Source: Alphaproteobacteria bacterium | Lineage (GTDB): Bacteria > Pseudomonadota > Alphaproteobacteria > UBA9219 | Direction: 5' to 3' | Assembly (NCBI GenBank): GCA_026225415.1 | Contig: JAMFSS010000009.1 | Span: forward strand, 192,062-256,061 | Length of the DNA stretch: 64,000 nt | The notes under the pieces: model-generated | Databases searched by the model: none | What the model saw: the letters and a program-made list of their open reading frames with translations, nothing else | Told to the model about the DNA's origin: nothing | Made by a program: the position numbers and the translations under genes | In this document: piece by piece, positions 40,042-51,559 of the stretch | How positions within the stretch are numbered: position 1 is the stretch's first letter | How the letters are laid out: every line of letters begins with the position of its first letter

Positions 40042-40194
40042 ATGAGCACCATTCTTCTCGTCGTTCTTATCCTGCTGCTGGTCGGCGGTTTGCCCACATG
40101 GCCACACAGCCGCAGCTGGGGCTATTACCCATCCGCAGGCCTCGGCACAGTCCTTATCGTCGTCGTCGTCCTGATGTTGATGGGACGGATTTAA
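40042..40194 (+). CDS. DUF3309 small membrane protein
   Basis: ILLLVGGLPTWPHSRSWGYYPS signature; SD AAGGA; missed by the ORF track. Confidence 0.9.
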   Translation: MSTILLVVLILLLVGGLPTWPHSRSWGYYPSAGLGTVLIVVVVLMLMGRI

Positions 40195-40214
40195 CCTTAA
40201 CCCGCGAGGCTTCC

Positions 40215-40742
40215 ATGTATCCCGCCGCCAAATCATCCTGCACATATCTGATCGCCACCACCGTCATCTGCTTTTCACTTTTGGGCGCGGCGCATGCAAT
40301 GGCGGCGGAATCGACCAAGGATTTTGCCCATGATACCTCGGTCGGCAACTCGTTTGAAATCCAGTCGAGCCAATTGGCGTTGGAAAAAACGCAAAGCAAA
40401 GACATTAAATTATTTGCGCAACACATGATCGATGATCACGGCAAGGCGCAAGATGATTTAAAGAGCGCCGTGTCGGCATCGAACGCCGATGTGGTAATGC
40501 CCGATGGCAGCCTGGACGGCAAGCATCAGAAAATGTTGGGCAAGCTGAACGACGAAAAAGGCAAGGATTTCGACAAGCTGTATGTGCATGACCAGGTTGT
40601 GGCGCATGACGACACGGTTGCGATGTTCATGAATTATGCCCAGGACGGCGATAACGCGGCGTTGAAAGATTTTGCGAACGCAACTTTGCCAACACTTAAA
40701 GAACATCAACAGGATATCCACAAAATCCGCTCGAATATGTAG
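40215..40742 (+). CDS. DUF4142 exported protein
   Basis: FEIQSSQLA, FAQHMIDDH, FDKLY, LPTLKEH. Confidence 0.88.
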   Translation: MYPAAKSSCTYLIATTVICFSLLGAAHAMAAESTKDFAHDTSVGNSFEIQSSQLALEKTQSKDIKLFAQHMIDDHGKAQDDLKSAVSASNADVVMPDGSLDGKHQKMLGKLNDEKGKDFDKLYVHDQVVAHDDTVAMFMNYAQDGDNAALKDFANATLPTLKEHQQDIHKIRSNM

Positions 40743-40744
40743 CA

Positions 40745-40834
40745 AGACTCCCTCTCCCCTTGCGGGAGAGGAAGCAAAAAACTTGGGCTTACGCCCTTAA
40801 AGCGTAAGCCCTAAGTTTTTGCAGGTGAGGGGGT
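40745..40834 (+). repeat. REP/MITE-like nested palindromic element, copy 2
   Basis: Same layout as the 19194 copy. Confidence 0.85.
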
Positions 40835-40866
40835 TGCTTGCTATCCGCTAGCAACCCCCCACTAAC

Positions 40867-41439
40867 TTACAAATTAGCCTCGGACTCAATATACAACTTC
40901 ACCTCATCCCCCAACGCAGGCAAATAGGTTGTCATCCCGAAATCCGACCGTTTGACGGTTGTGGTCGCGCTGAACCCCGCGGTTTTCTTGTGCATCATAT
41001 TGTCGCCGATTTTGTTCAACGTCACATTCAAAACTTCCGGCTTGCTGATACCGCGCAGCGATAATGTGCCTTCGACCTTGGCGCTATTTTTACCGGTCAA
41101 AACCACTTTGGTGCTGGTAAAAGTCGCAGTCGGATATGATGCCACATCAAAAAATTGATCCGACTTCAAATGTTCGTCCAGCTTGGGGATACCCGTCACC
41201 AGCTCATCGGTTGGAATGGTCACCGACAGGCTGCTGTTCTGTGGCGCGGCTTCATCCAGCGTCAAAGAACCCGTGATCATCGAAAATTTACCCCACGGGT
41301 TGGAAAACCCGAAATGGTTGATGGTCCAGGTCACCGCCGTGTGCATGGGGTCGAGCGTATAGGTATCGGCCGCATGCGCAACGCCGGATATCATCATCAA
41401 TCCGGTCAGCAACATGGAAGTGCGAAGAAAATTTTTCAT
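40867..41439 (-). CDS. YceI-family protein
   Basis: YTLDPMHT, HFGFS, DEHLKS..FFD, RSDFG. Confidence 0.93.
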   Translation of the reverse strand: MKNFLRTSMLLTGLMMISGVAHAADTYTLDPMHTAVTWTINHFGFSNPWGKFSMITGSLTLDEAAPQNSSLSVTIPTDELVTGIPKLDEHLKSDQFFDVASYPTATFTSTKVVLTGKNSAKVEGTLSLRGISKPEVLNVTLNKIGDNMMHKKTAGFSATTTVKRSDFGMTTYLPALGDEVKLYIESEANL

Positions 41440-41463
41440 TTCTGTCTCCTGTGGGTGGAACGG

Positions 41464-42024
41464 TTATTTAAAACGCGCGGTCAAGGTAGCGACGCGCTTG
41501 CCCAGATGTTCCGCCGTTTTCAGGTCGCTGGCAATAGGGCCGTTATCGGGGCCCTGATCGGCGTTCGATTGCGCCATGGCGCCCAGAAAACTTCCCAACC
41601 GGTTCAGATCTTCAACCGAACCTTTGCTGTTATTATTGCCGGGCATCAAATCCAAACCGACCCAGATCATGCCATGCTGTGCCGCGAAAACGGCCAACCC
41701 TTGCAATGTGTTCAGCTTGTCGCCGCTTTGGCTGGCCGAATTGGTGAAACCGGCGGAAATTTTATCAACCCATTTACGCGCCATCCAGACTTTAGAGCTT
41801 TCATCCATAAATTTCTTAAACGGCGCGCTGACATTGCCCATATAAGTCGGGCTGCCAAAAATAATCGCATCGGCGCTGTCCAATTCATCCCACGGTGTTT
41901 CATTGTCACCCACCGCGATCAGTTTGACGATGCCCCCCGCCACCGACTCGGCGCCCTTGGCGACGGCCTTGGCTTGTTCGGCGGTATGGCCGTAGCCGCT
42001 GTGATAAACAATCGCGATTTTCAT
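41464..42024 (-). CDS. WrbA-like flavodoxin / NAD(P)H-quinone oxidoreductase
   Basis: YHSGYGHT, FGSPTYMG, SGDKL, QHGMIW. Confidence 0.92.
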   Translation of the reverse strand: MKIAIVYHSGYGHTAEQAKAVAKGAESVAGGIVKLIAVGDNETPWDELDSADAIIFGSPTYMGNVSAPFKKFMDESSKVWMARKWVDKISAGFTNSASQSGDKLNTLQGLAVFAAQHGMIWVGLDLMPGNNNSKGSVEDLNRLGSFLGAMAQSNADQGPDNGPIASDLKTAEHLGKRVATLTARFK

Positions 42025-42148
42025 GATTTTCCCTGTGTTTGTTATTGGTTGTATTTAGTAACTGACTAAGTTATAAATACCAATATGAAAACCGCAAGTA
42101 GGCACTGTTAAATTACACAGTCACCCCAAAGTAACTATAAAGGCCAAA

Positions 42149-42589
42149 ATGATGAAACCACATACAGATAAAACACACGCGGGTAGGACACGTTGCCCCT
42201 TACAAGAATTGCTGACGCGACTGGGCGATAAATGGAGCCTGCTGATCCTGTGCACCCTGTCCAACGCGCCGAATAATTGCGCCCGGTTTTCCGAATTGAA
42301 ACGCGGCATCAACGGCATTTCGCAACGGATGCTTACGGCGACTTTGCGGAATCTGGAACGCGACGGCATTTTAACGCGCGTTGTCTTTCCGGTTATCCCG
42401 CCGCGCGTCGAATACAGCCTGACCCCGCTTGGCAAGAACCTGCTTCAACCTGTGGAATCTTTGGTCGGATGGGTCGAACAACATTGGGAAACAATTGAAA
42501 AATCACGCAGCGTGTATGACGCGACCCATACGCCTCCGGCCATGGCAAAAGAAATTATCGTCCAAACGCGTTTTTCGGCGTCACGGTAA
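42149..42589 (+). CDS. HxlR-family transcriptional regulator
   Basis: CP...LGDKWS, RFSEL, ISQRMLT..LR.LERDG, PPRVEYSLT; divergent from wrbA-yceI. Confidence 0.93.
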   Translation: MMKPHTDKTHAGRTRCPLQELLTRLGDKWSLLILCTLSNAPNNCARFSELKRGINGISQRMLTATLRNLERDGILTRVVFPVIPPRVEYSLTPLGKNLLQPVESLVGWVEQHWETIEKSRSVYDATHTPPAMAKEIIVQTRFSASR

Positions 42590-43655
42590 ATATCTTGGAC
42601 ATTAATGTGATAAATTCGCGCGTCTGTTCCCATGCCATCTTGCGGTTGGGAAAACGTTTCGACATAACGTCCCAGCAATAAGTCGCATGCCCGGTACGCC
42701 CCAACCCATTGCCCAATGTTTGATAGGCCTTGCTGCTGTTCTGTAAAAAATTCACGAAATCGGTCGAACCGCTGCGCAAAATAAACATTTTGTCATAGGC
42801 CGTTTGATACTGGTTCAAAACCTTCTCAACCGCCTGCCATTCATTCTGAAAACCTGCTTTAATCTGTTCAATCGTCGCCTTCAACGTATCACGTTCCTGT
42901 CCCGTGGCGGCGGCGGGCGGTATCTTGATGCCCTGCATCCATCCATGCAATTCGGTATACAGCGCCGTCGCGCGTTGCCGTTCGAACCCGTAATAAATAA
43001 CACCCTTCCACGCCGCGAAAATTTCTTTTTCCTTGCCCTGCGGCAAACGGAAAGCCATCACCAAAGGCTTCAGCGCGTCCATATCGCGGCCTTCCCAGAT
43101 TTTTTCGATCAGCTTGCGCGCCATTTCATCCGAAGCAACCGCATCGGGGAACGCGGCCTTGGCCAGCGGTTCAAAATTTTGCAGAATATAGAGTTCGATC
43201 TGGTTCCATAATTCTTCCGACACATCGAAATAATCGTCGTTCATTTCGATATTTTCATTCCTGAAAACATCCTTCAGCAAAAACGGGTCGAGCGAGGGAA
43301 GCCGGTCGAGGATTTTCATCACCCGCATATCGTCGGCCAACCATTCTTTGGGCAACGCGCCTTCGCCGAACGTGTCGATCAACCCGCGTTCGGCGGCAGT
43401 GTCATGCACAAAAATCGTGCGGCCGCCTTCGTAAATATCATTCTGGTTAAACGGTAGATAAATTTTGGTGCCGATGGAAGAATTACGCGCGTCCGCATCG
43501 GTGTCTTTGATCAACACGATATTGTTCAACGGTTTGCAACGAAAGAAGGTCCGCGCGATGGGGTCTTTGGCCAAAATCTTTTTGGTCATCACATTGCAAT
43601 TCAGGACGCGCGGCGACCCGACATCAAGCATTGGTTTAAGATATTCGCCAGCCAT
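42555..43655 (-). CDS. Hypothetical protein (366 aa)
   Basis: Long ORF with host-like codon use; LPSLDPFLL and WKGVIYY motifs. Confidence 0.75.
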   Translation of the reverse strand: MAGEYLKPMLDVGSPRVLNCNVMTKKILAKDPIARTFFRCKPLNNIVLIKDTDADARNSSIGTKIYLPFNQNDIYEGGRTIFVHDTAAERGLIDTFGEGALPKEWLADDMRVMKILDRLPSLDPFLLKDVFRNENIEMNDDYFDVSEELWNQIELYILQNFEPLAKAAFPDAVASDEMARKLIEKIWEGRDMDALKPLVMAFRLPQGKEKEIFAAWKGVIYYGFERQRATALYTELHGWMQGIKIPPAAATGQERDTLKATIEQIKAGFQNEWQAVEKVLNQYQTAYDKMFILRSGSTDFVNFLQNSSKAYQTLGNGLGRTGHATYCWDVMSKRFPNRKMAWEQTREFITLMSKIFTVTPKNAFGR

Positions 43656-43778
43656 GCATTAACCACGAAAAACGGAAAAACAGCCAAAACTATAACGGCG
43701 ATTAAGTTAACAAAGACTCTACAAAGAAACCTGTTTATGCTCAATAAGTTATGAAGTTTTACGGAGGCAGAAAACCGA

Positions 43779-45083
43779 TTAAAGACCAGCGCCCATGGGT
43801 GGTTTTACCCGAGGCTCCATCTTTCGCCGGGCCTTGCGCGCAGGCGCCGCCGCTTCGACACGACGCTCGCCGAATTCTGCGGCATGCTTGCCCAACACGG
43901 TCAAAGCCTTTGCTTCCAGCTGACGGATACGTTCGCGGGTAATACCATATTTCACGGCAAGCACTTCCAGCGTTTGTGTTTCCTCGCCCGAAAGACCGAA
44001 ACGTTTGCGCACGATATCGCTGTGCTTTTCCGACAAAGAAGAGTCGACCGTGTCGCGCAACCGCGCGTAAATCTGCGCGTTGATCAATCCTTCCATGGCA
44101 TCCGGCAAGGATGTGTCCGGAAGATAATCGCCCAGCACCGCGTCGCTATCTTCCCCTTTTCCGACGGGGCTATCCAAACTCACAACCCGCGCGTCAATCG
44201 ATTGCAGGTCGTGGATTTTATCAACCGGCATGTCCATGGCCTTGGCAAGTTCCACAAAACTGGGCGACCTGCCACATGTTTGACGAAAATTACTTTCAAG
44301 CCGCAACATCTTGGCCTGTGCTTTTTTCATGTTCATAGGCAAATAAATATCACTGCCCTGTTTATGCACAAAATCACTCAAAGCCGCTTCGACCCATGGG
44401 CAAGCATAGGTGTAAAGCCGGAAACCACGATGCGGGTCAAACCCTTCGATACCGCGCATCAAACCGATACCCGCCTCTTGCTTCAAATCATCACCGTCAA
44501 AACCAGACTTGATATAAGTATATGACAGACGCGGCAAGAGCGTATCCTGGCTCATAAATAATGTATTTTTTGCGCGGTCCAACGCCCGACGGTTCTTTTT
44601 GATATCTTTGATAATATCTGAAAATTCAGATTGATCGTCAAACGCGACCCCATCCGCCAGATCATAAAGAACGGAATCTTTTAAACGCACAACATCGATA
44701 ATGGTGGATATAATCTGCTGACGCGCATCGTCTGTTGGCAGCTTTTCGCGGTTTGTTATCACATCGTGAATAAGACCGGCCAGCTGCGCAGCCAACGCGG
44801 CTCTTTTATGCGGCGCATCATCTTCCGACTCTTTTTTACGAAGAAAAAGATAATCATTAAAATCCAACGAAGCATCGGCGACGCCGGCATAAATGGCGTG
44901 GATTTTTTCTAAAGTCTGGGGAAAGGCGACCAGCCCCTGAACAAGTTGCGTTCTTGCATCCAGCATTTGTTGCGCGATGACGAATTCATTGGCGCCCGAT
45001 AATCTTAAACCATTTGTTCTGGCAAGGATCTCGCCGGCGGCTGCAAAATCAACCGCGGCGGATATTTTTCCTAAATGCGTCAT
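43779..45083 (-). CDS. Divergent RpoD-family sigma70 factor
   Basis: DLKQEAGIGLMRG..FDPHRGFRLYTYA (region 2), VSLDSPVG (region 3), TLE...ITRERIRQLEAKAL (region 4.2). Confidence 0.88.
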   Translation of the reverse strand: MTHLGKISAAVDFAAAGEILARTNGLRLSGANEFVIAQQMLDARTQLVQGLVAFPQTLEKIHAIYAGVADASLDFNDYLFLRKKESEDDAPHKRAALAAQLAGLIHDVITNREKLPTDDARQQIISTIIDVVRLKDSVLYDLADGVAFDDQSEFSDIIKDIKKNRRALDRAKNTLFMSQDTLLPRLSYTYIKSGFDGDDLKQEAGIGLMRGIEGFDPHRGFRLYTYACPWVEAALSDFVHKQGSDIYLPMNMKKAQAKMLRLESNFRQTCGRSPSFVELAKAMDMPVDKIHDLQSIDARVVSLDSPVGKGEDSDAVLGDYLPDTSLPDAMEGLINAQIYARLRDTVDSSLSEKHSDIVRKRFGLSGEETQTLEVLAVKYGITRERIRQLEAKALTVLGKHAAEFGERRVEAAAPARKARRKMEPRVKPPMGAGL

Positions 45084-45198
45084 AATTTTAAAACCTCACT
45101 CTAAAAATATCTGGGACACCCTAACGCTAGCATCCCCTCCCTTTTTAAACCTGAGCGAATTTACTTTCAAACCCAATCGACCAAAAACATGGTTAACG

Positions 45199-46647
45199 TT
45201 AGGGTTTTTTGGCCCTGACCACGTCATGCAACCGCATAACCAGCGCGCCCATCGACCGTACAGTAACATTAAGCGTATCGATATTTTGTTCAATGCTTTG
45301 CATCCATAACGCGTTTGCGCTGTCGGCAACGGGCACAACGGGCGCATCCAGCGTCGCCAGCAAAAACGCGAAATGCCATTCCGAAACCGGTTTGGCCCAT
45401 GTCTGTTCCAACCACGCGCGATAGGGTTGCGGCATGTTATAGGGGCTGATGAAAGGCGGGCGCGAAGGCTCGGTGTCGAAAACGCGGCGCGTCACCACTT
45501 CATTCACAAACAAAAAGAAAGCCAGAAAAATATCATCCGGCCAGACGCAATCGCGCTTGGCGGTCGAGATTTCGTTATAATCAATCAGGTACGGAAAATT
45601 ATTTTCCCCCATGATGATATTCCACACCCGTAAATCGGCATGATACAACCCGGTTTTTTCCAACTGCGCCAACTGTTGCAACACGCCGCGCAAAATATCG
45701 CGCGCGTCGTAATCACCGCCGTTGGTGATAACGTCACTCAGCCGCACGCCCTTGATTTTTTCCTGCACCAACCACGCGGTATTTTCATCCCCACCGCTTT
45801 GCACAAGTTTAGGCGACCACTCATACCCAACGGGGGGCGATTGCAAAAACTGCGCCGCCTGCGTGATGGCATAGCGGTTAATCGCGCCATAATCGCCGGT
45901 GACGTCATACAGTTTGGCCATAGATGTATCGCCAAAGAAATACCGACGCCCGCGCCCGTTATCTGCATGCGCGTCAAACGCGCCCATCTCGCCGCCCAGA
46001 TACCAAAAAACACGGCTGCAATAATACAAAGGGCGCGTGGAATTCAGATGCGTTTCATGATGCGCGATAATGCGGTAAAAAGGTTGCGGCGCAATCAGAT
46101 AATCAGAATGTTCGGGCTGTGCCGCGGCAAAGCCGGGCTGTTCCGTCGCCAACGCCATTTCAAAAATCCCCGTCGGAATTTTCTGCATGATGCGCGTCAC
46201 GATATCGCGTGTGGCTTCCTTGCCATTATGCAGGCAAAGATGGTGAAAAACGCTAAGCCCCAACACCAGATCGAATTGATCGTCACCCAACGTGCCGACA
46301 ATTTTTTCTATCTCATCCGCCTGAAACCGTATCGCCAGTTGCCGGTTTTCCAGCAACAGCATATGACAGACATTGATATTATCCTGCAAATAATCAACGC
46401 CCAACACCTGCGCGCCCGCCTGCGCCAGATGAAACCCAAACCAACCTTGCGCGCACCCTAAATCCAGCACGCGTATGGGTCGCCCCAATTGCCGCACCAA
46501 CGCGTGATGCACGCCCATAATATGCCGCAAGCGGTCTTCGCATTTGCGCGAAGCTTCATTGCCAAATTCATCATGGCCGAAAATCGGTTGATAGACTTCT
46601 TTAAGGTTGCCGACGACAGTTTTTAATTCGGGAAGAGGATCCATCAC
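45199..46647 (-). CDS. WbdD-like methyltransferase-kinase
   Basis: YQPIFGH, R.C.DRL, VLDLGCAQG, LGLSVFHH; kinase YHADLRVWN..LIDY; DCVWP. Confidence 0.8.
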   Translation of the reverse strand: MMDPLPELKTVVGNLKEVYQPIFGHDEFGNEASRKCEDRLRHIMGVHHALVRQLGRPIRVLDLGCAQGWFGFHLAQAGAQVLGVDYLQDNINVCHMLLLENRQLAIRFQADEIEKIVGTLGDDQFDLVLGLSVFHHLCLHNGKEATRDIVTRIMQKIPTGIFEMALATEQPGFAAAQPEHSDYLIAPQPFYRIIAHHETHLNSTRPLYYCSRVFWYLGGEMGAFDAHADNGRGRRYFFGDTSMAKLYDVTGDYGAINRYAITQAAQFLQSPPVGYEWSPKLVQSGGDENTAWLVQEKIKGVRLSDVITNGGDYDARDILRGVLQQLAQLEKTGLYHADLRVWNIIMGENNFPYLIDYNEISTAKRDCVWPDDIFLAFFLFVNEVVTRRVFDTEPSRPPFISPYNMPQPYRAWLEQTWAKPVSEWHFAFLLATLDAPVVPVADSANALWMQSIEQNIDTLNVTVRSMGALVMRLHDVVRAKKP

Positions 46648-46707
46648 GCTCTCATCATCTGTGGGGCGACCATCTTCCTATGCCGTTATCCCAAGCACAA
46701 GAGAGGA

Positions 46708-46896
46708 TTATACAGCCCCGGACGCGGGCTTAAACTGCTTGAGCCGTTTAAGCATCCTTGCGCGATCGCCATCCGTGTGAAGTTCTGCAGTTTCGCCGCT
46801 TGGGGTGCGAACCGTCGCCACCGTGAATGACCCATTCCAACGGAGCAATTTCAGGCCATGTTTTTCGATAAGCCTTACGGCGCTGTTTCTGTTCAT
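46708..46896 (-). CDS. Small basic hypothetical protein
   Basis: 62-aa ORF just 3' of tRNA-Leu. Confidence 0.4.
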   Translation of the reverse strand: MNRNSAVRLIEKHGLKLLRWNGSFTVATVRTPSGETAELHTDGDRARMLKRLKQFKPASGAV

Positions 46897-46964
46897 CAGA
46901 TGGCCTTAAAAATAAAATGGACACATAATAAAATGGCTGTGCCATCCGAAGCTTTGGCGCAGAA

Positions 46965-47051
46965 TGGTGCCCAGGAAGAGACTCGAACTCCCATGACCTT
47001 GCGATCGCTAGCACCTGAAGCTAGTGCGTCTACCAATTTCGCCACCTGGGC
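46965..47051 (-). tRNA. tRNA-Leu(CAG)
   Basis: GCCCAGGTGGCGAAATTGGTAGACGC..TTCAGGT..long variable arm..GTTCGAGTC..CCTGGGCACCA. Confidence 0.97.
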
Positions 47052-47103
47052 ACGGTCTTGCGAAGGCGTTTGAGTACGGCGACAGCCGGCAAAAGTCAAC
47101 CGC

Positions 47104-48609
<1,506 letters not shown>

Positions 48610-48772
48610 TTAGTTAATGGCAGGGATGTATAAGGCGAAAGGGGCATAGGCGTAAAGGCCAAAATTACTTACAAAGAGCATTACCTTCTTAACCCCTTGC
48701 TGACATTGATCTTTCTTGAAAAATTATCCTCAAACACGAGCCAATGTTTAGGCACAATATAAAAGGACATTT

Positions 48773-48861
48773 AGACTCCCTCCCCCCTTGTGGGGGAGGA
48801 AGCAAAAACTTGGGCTTACGCTCTTGAGGCGCAAGCCCTTAGTTTTTGCAGGTGGGGGGTC
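48773..48861 (+). repeat. REP/MITE-like nested palindromic element, copy 3
   Basis: Same layout with compensatory cctccccc/gggggagg. Confidence 0.85.
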
Positions 48862-48894
48862 GACTTTTTCACGTGAACTAGAAACATTCTTAAT

Positions 48895-49855
48895 TTAACG
48901 CGCCAACTTTCTTACAAACCCAACCCATTCCACCACCCGTTGTTCCCACTGATAATGCGCATGGAAATAATCGATTTGTTTGCGCAACTGCGTTTCCGCA
49001 GCCTCAGATTTTTCATCCAGCACCGCCAGAATTTCACCGGCAAAAGCATCATAATCCACCGGCATATTAAACCTTGTCGCGTCATCGGCATCTTCAACCG
49101 GCACATGCCGCGCAAACCCATGTGCCGTTTCCGGCAAGGCCGCGCGGTTGGTCGCCACAACCGACAAACCCGATGCCAATGATTCAATCATCGCAATACA
49201 CGATGTTTCCGGCCATGGATTGGGCGCGATCATTATCGAAGCCGCCTTCATGCGTCGCGCCAGTTCCCCCTGCCCCACCATGCCGACATGTGTGATGTTC
49301 GGTTGTGCGCACAACCAGTCGATATATTTTTTATCCTGCGCAACATTGCGTGAAGGATCGAGATTGCAAAACATCTCCACCGAAAAATCGGTACGTACCG
49401 CGCGGATTTTTTCCAGCACAGGCGGCACATGAAACGCGCCCCGCGCAAAGGAACCGACAAATTGCAAAACAGGTGGTTGGATTTTCTGCGGCATAATAGC
49501 CTGCCCCGTCGCAAAAGACCCCGCCACCAAAGGATTCATCCCATTGCGAATAACCGCCTGCCGCCATTTTGGACGCGCCGCGTTTTGGCACACGCGTTGT
49601 TGCCATTCACTGACAAACACCACCCCGTCAAACGCCGACAGCGCGGGCGTAAGAGGCGATGCAAAAACGCTTTCATGCATCCATGCAATCAGCGGCGCGG
49701 TCGGTACGGCGATTAAAAAACACGCATTCCACGCCTGTTTTCACCATTTCCCGCGCCAGAAAGCACACAGCCGACGTGGTGCCGCCCAGCGGTTCACCGC
49801 TATCGGGGCGGGCGGCATCGTAATGATACACAAAATCGATAAAAGCGAGGCGCAT
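48895..49855 (-). pseudogene. GT4-type glycosyltransferase broken by a frameshift or internal deletion near 49700
   Basis: N-terminal PLGGTTSAVCFLA..FFNRRT in one frame; TAPLIAWMHE...ETSCIAMIESLASG in another. Confidence 0.7.
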
Positions 49856-49896
49856 AAGGGATTCTCAACGGGCTATTCTTATAGTATAAAGAGATC

Positions 49897-50712
49897 ATGA
49901 CCGATAACAACATCACGCGGCGCAAATTTATCCAGGCAAGCCTTGTGGCATCCTTTATGTCGAGCAGCGCGGGCGCATGGGCTTCAACGGCGACACCGCG
50001 CCCGGCACCCGTCCATAAACCACGTGCGCCGCGCTTGCTGATGCTTGACCCGGGACATGGCGGCCGCGACCCCGGTGCGATTGGCCGCATCGGCACGTAT
50101 GAAAAAGACGTCACATTGGACATAGCGCGACGCATGGCCGATGCCCTGTCGGGCATACCGGGCATCACCGCGAAATTGACCCGCGACGACGATACCTTTA
50201 TTCCGCTCGAAGAACGCGTGCGCATAGGCCGCGAAGCGCATGCCGATTTGTTTTTATCGGTGCATGCCGACAGTGCGCCCAACATGGCCGCGCGTGGATT
50301 ATCGGTTTATACTTTATCGTCCAAGGCATCGGATGATTTTTCCAAACATCTGGCCGACAAGGAAAACGAAGCCGACATGATGGGCGGCATGGATTTGCCG
50401 CCGGCGGACAAAGAAGTCACCTCCATCCTTATGGATCTGGCGGCGCGGCAAACGCACAACACCGCGCAACATGCCCGCGCATCGTTTGTCGAAGCTGTCG
50501 GGCAGAAATGGCATTTGTTGGAAAGCCCCATGCGCGCCGCCAATTTTGTGGTGCTGCGCGCACCCGATGTGCCTTCGATGCTGGTGGAAACGGGTTTTCT
50601 GTCAAACCCGCAAGACGAACAATTACTGCGCCAGCCCCAACAACGCAACAAAATCGCCCAAGTGATGGCCAAAGACCTCGCCACGATTTTGAACAGCAGT
50701 TTGTTCAGCTAA
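49897..50712 (+). CDS. Tat-exported N-acetylmuramoyl-L-alanine amidase (AmiA-like, no AMIN domain)
   Basis: TRRKFI, DPGHGG.DPGA, SVHAD, LVETGFLSN. Confidence 0.93.
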   Translation: MTDNNITRRKFIQASLVASFMSSSAGAWASTATPRPAPVHKPRAPRLLMLDPGHGGRDPGAIGRIGTYEKDVTLDIARRMADALSGIPGITAKLTRDDDTFIPLEERVRIGREAHADLFLSVHADSAPNMAARGLSVYTLSSKASDDFSKHLADKENEADMMGGMDLPPADKEVTSILMDLAARQTHNTAQHARASFVEAVGQKWHLLESPMRAANFVVLRAPDVPSMLVETGFLSNPQDEQLLRQPQQRNKIAQVMAKDLATILNSSLFS

Positions 50713-50775
50713 CCCTCACTTCGTCATCCCGTTTTTCTTATTATGGAAAAATCTTTGTAATATGTGATTTTTCCC

Positions 50776-50804
50776 TTGACAAGATCCCCACCCCCTGCTA
50801 AACC
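50776..50804 (+). promoter_or_regulatory. sigma70-type promoter with no downstream CDS
   Basis: CTTGACA-N17-(GC)TAAACC. Confidence 0.6.
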
Positions 50805-50810
50805 ACACCT

Positions 50811-50947
50811 GCATCCCTTGAAAAAGGATGCCAACCGTTGGGTGGATTTGCCGTCAAGCTGCAGATTACGGAAAGGAACCCCAGTGGCCAGAGCCGTGAA
50901 CGTACAACCTTGTTTGCGCAAGGTGCCCCGGGGAACGACTTTTTTTA
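50811..50947 (+). ncRNA. Candidate structured small RNA, family not recognised
   Basis: Own promoter, 5' GAAA-loop hairpin, further helices, ends in a T run, no convincing ORF. Confidence 0.45.
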
Positions 50948-51001
50948 GGATGAATAAAACGAAGGAGTGAGGAATGAGATAAAAACGAACCCAGGTCTAG
51001 C

Positions 51002-51559
51002 TCAGGCGAAACTCAAACCGCGCGCAGCAGTCCGTTCGAGGAATACAGCTTCTTCCGGCGTGGCTTCGCGTCCCAGATAGGGGTTGCGGTGCGGGAAACG
51101 CCCGAAACGTTGGACAATTTCATAATTCCGTTCGGCGAAAGTCAGCCAATCGGAATCCTTGGTGCGTTCGCGGATATAAAACAGCGCCAGCCTTTGGTCG
51201 CCCATATTTTCCGAATTAAGGAACGGCAGATAGAAAAGCAGCTTATACTGTTTATCAATCCGGTCATCGAAATGTTTGATAATCGCGTCGCGGGCCAGTT
51301 CCAGCGCGACATCATCGGTTTCATAGGCGCGCGAGGTGCCACGGAACATGCGGCGCGGAAATTGATCCAGCAACAGCAGCAAAGCCAGAGAACCTTCGGG
51401 CGTGGTTTCCCACACTTTCAATCCACCGGCGACAGCCTGTTCATAAACGGGTTGGAAACGGGTACGGATCTCGCCATCCAAAGCGACATCGTCCGAAAAC
51501 CATCGGTCACGGCCAACTTCGTAAAACCAGAAGTTCAGAATGTCTTCGGAGCTGGCCAT
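51002..51559 (-). CDS. DUF924-family protein
   Basis: ILNFWF, LLDQFPR, YLPF..SE, RFGRFPHRN. Confidence 0.92.
   Translation of the reverse strand: MASSEDILNFWFYEVGRDRWFSDDVALDGEIRTRFQPVYEQAVAGGLKVWETTPEGSLALLLLLDQFPRRMFRGTSRAYETDDVALELARDAIIKHFDDRIDKQYKLLFYLPFLNSENMGDQRLALFYIRERTKDSDWLTFAERNYEIVQRFGRFPHRNPYLGREATPEEAVFLERTAARGLSFA

Noticed and set aside
46650..46964. Prophage or island integrated at tRNA-Leu
   Set aside because: Only one small ORF; no integrase or duplicated tRNA end seen
50811..50947. Assignment of the candidate RNA to SRP, 6S, tmRNA, RNase P or a riboswitch
   Set aside because: Diagnostic motifs not found, and there is no downstream same-strand gene for a riboswitch
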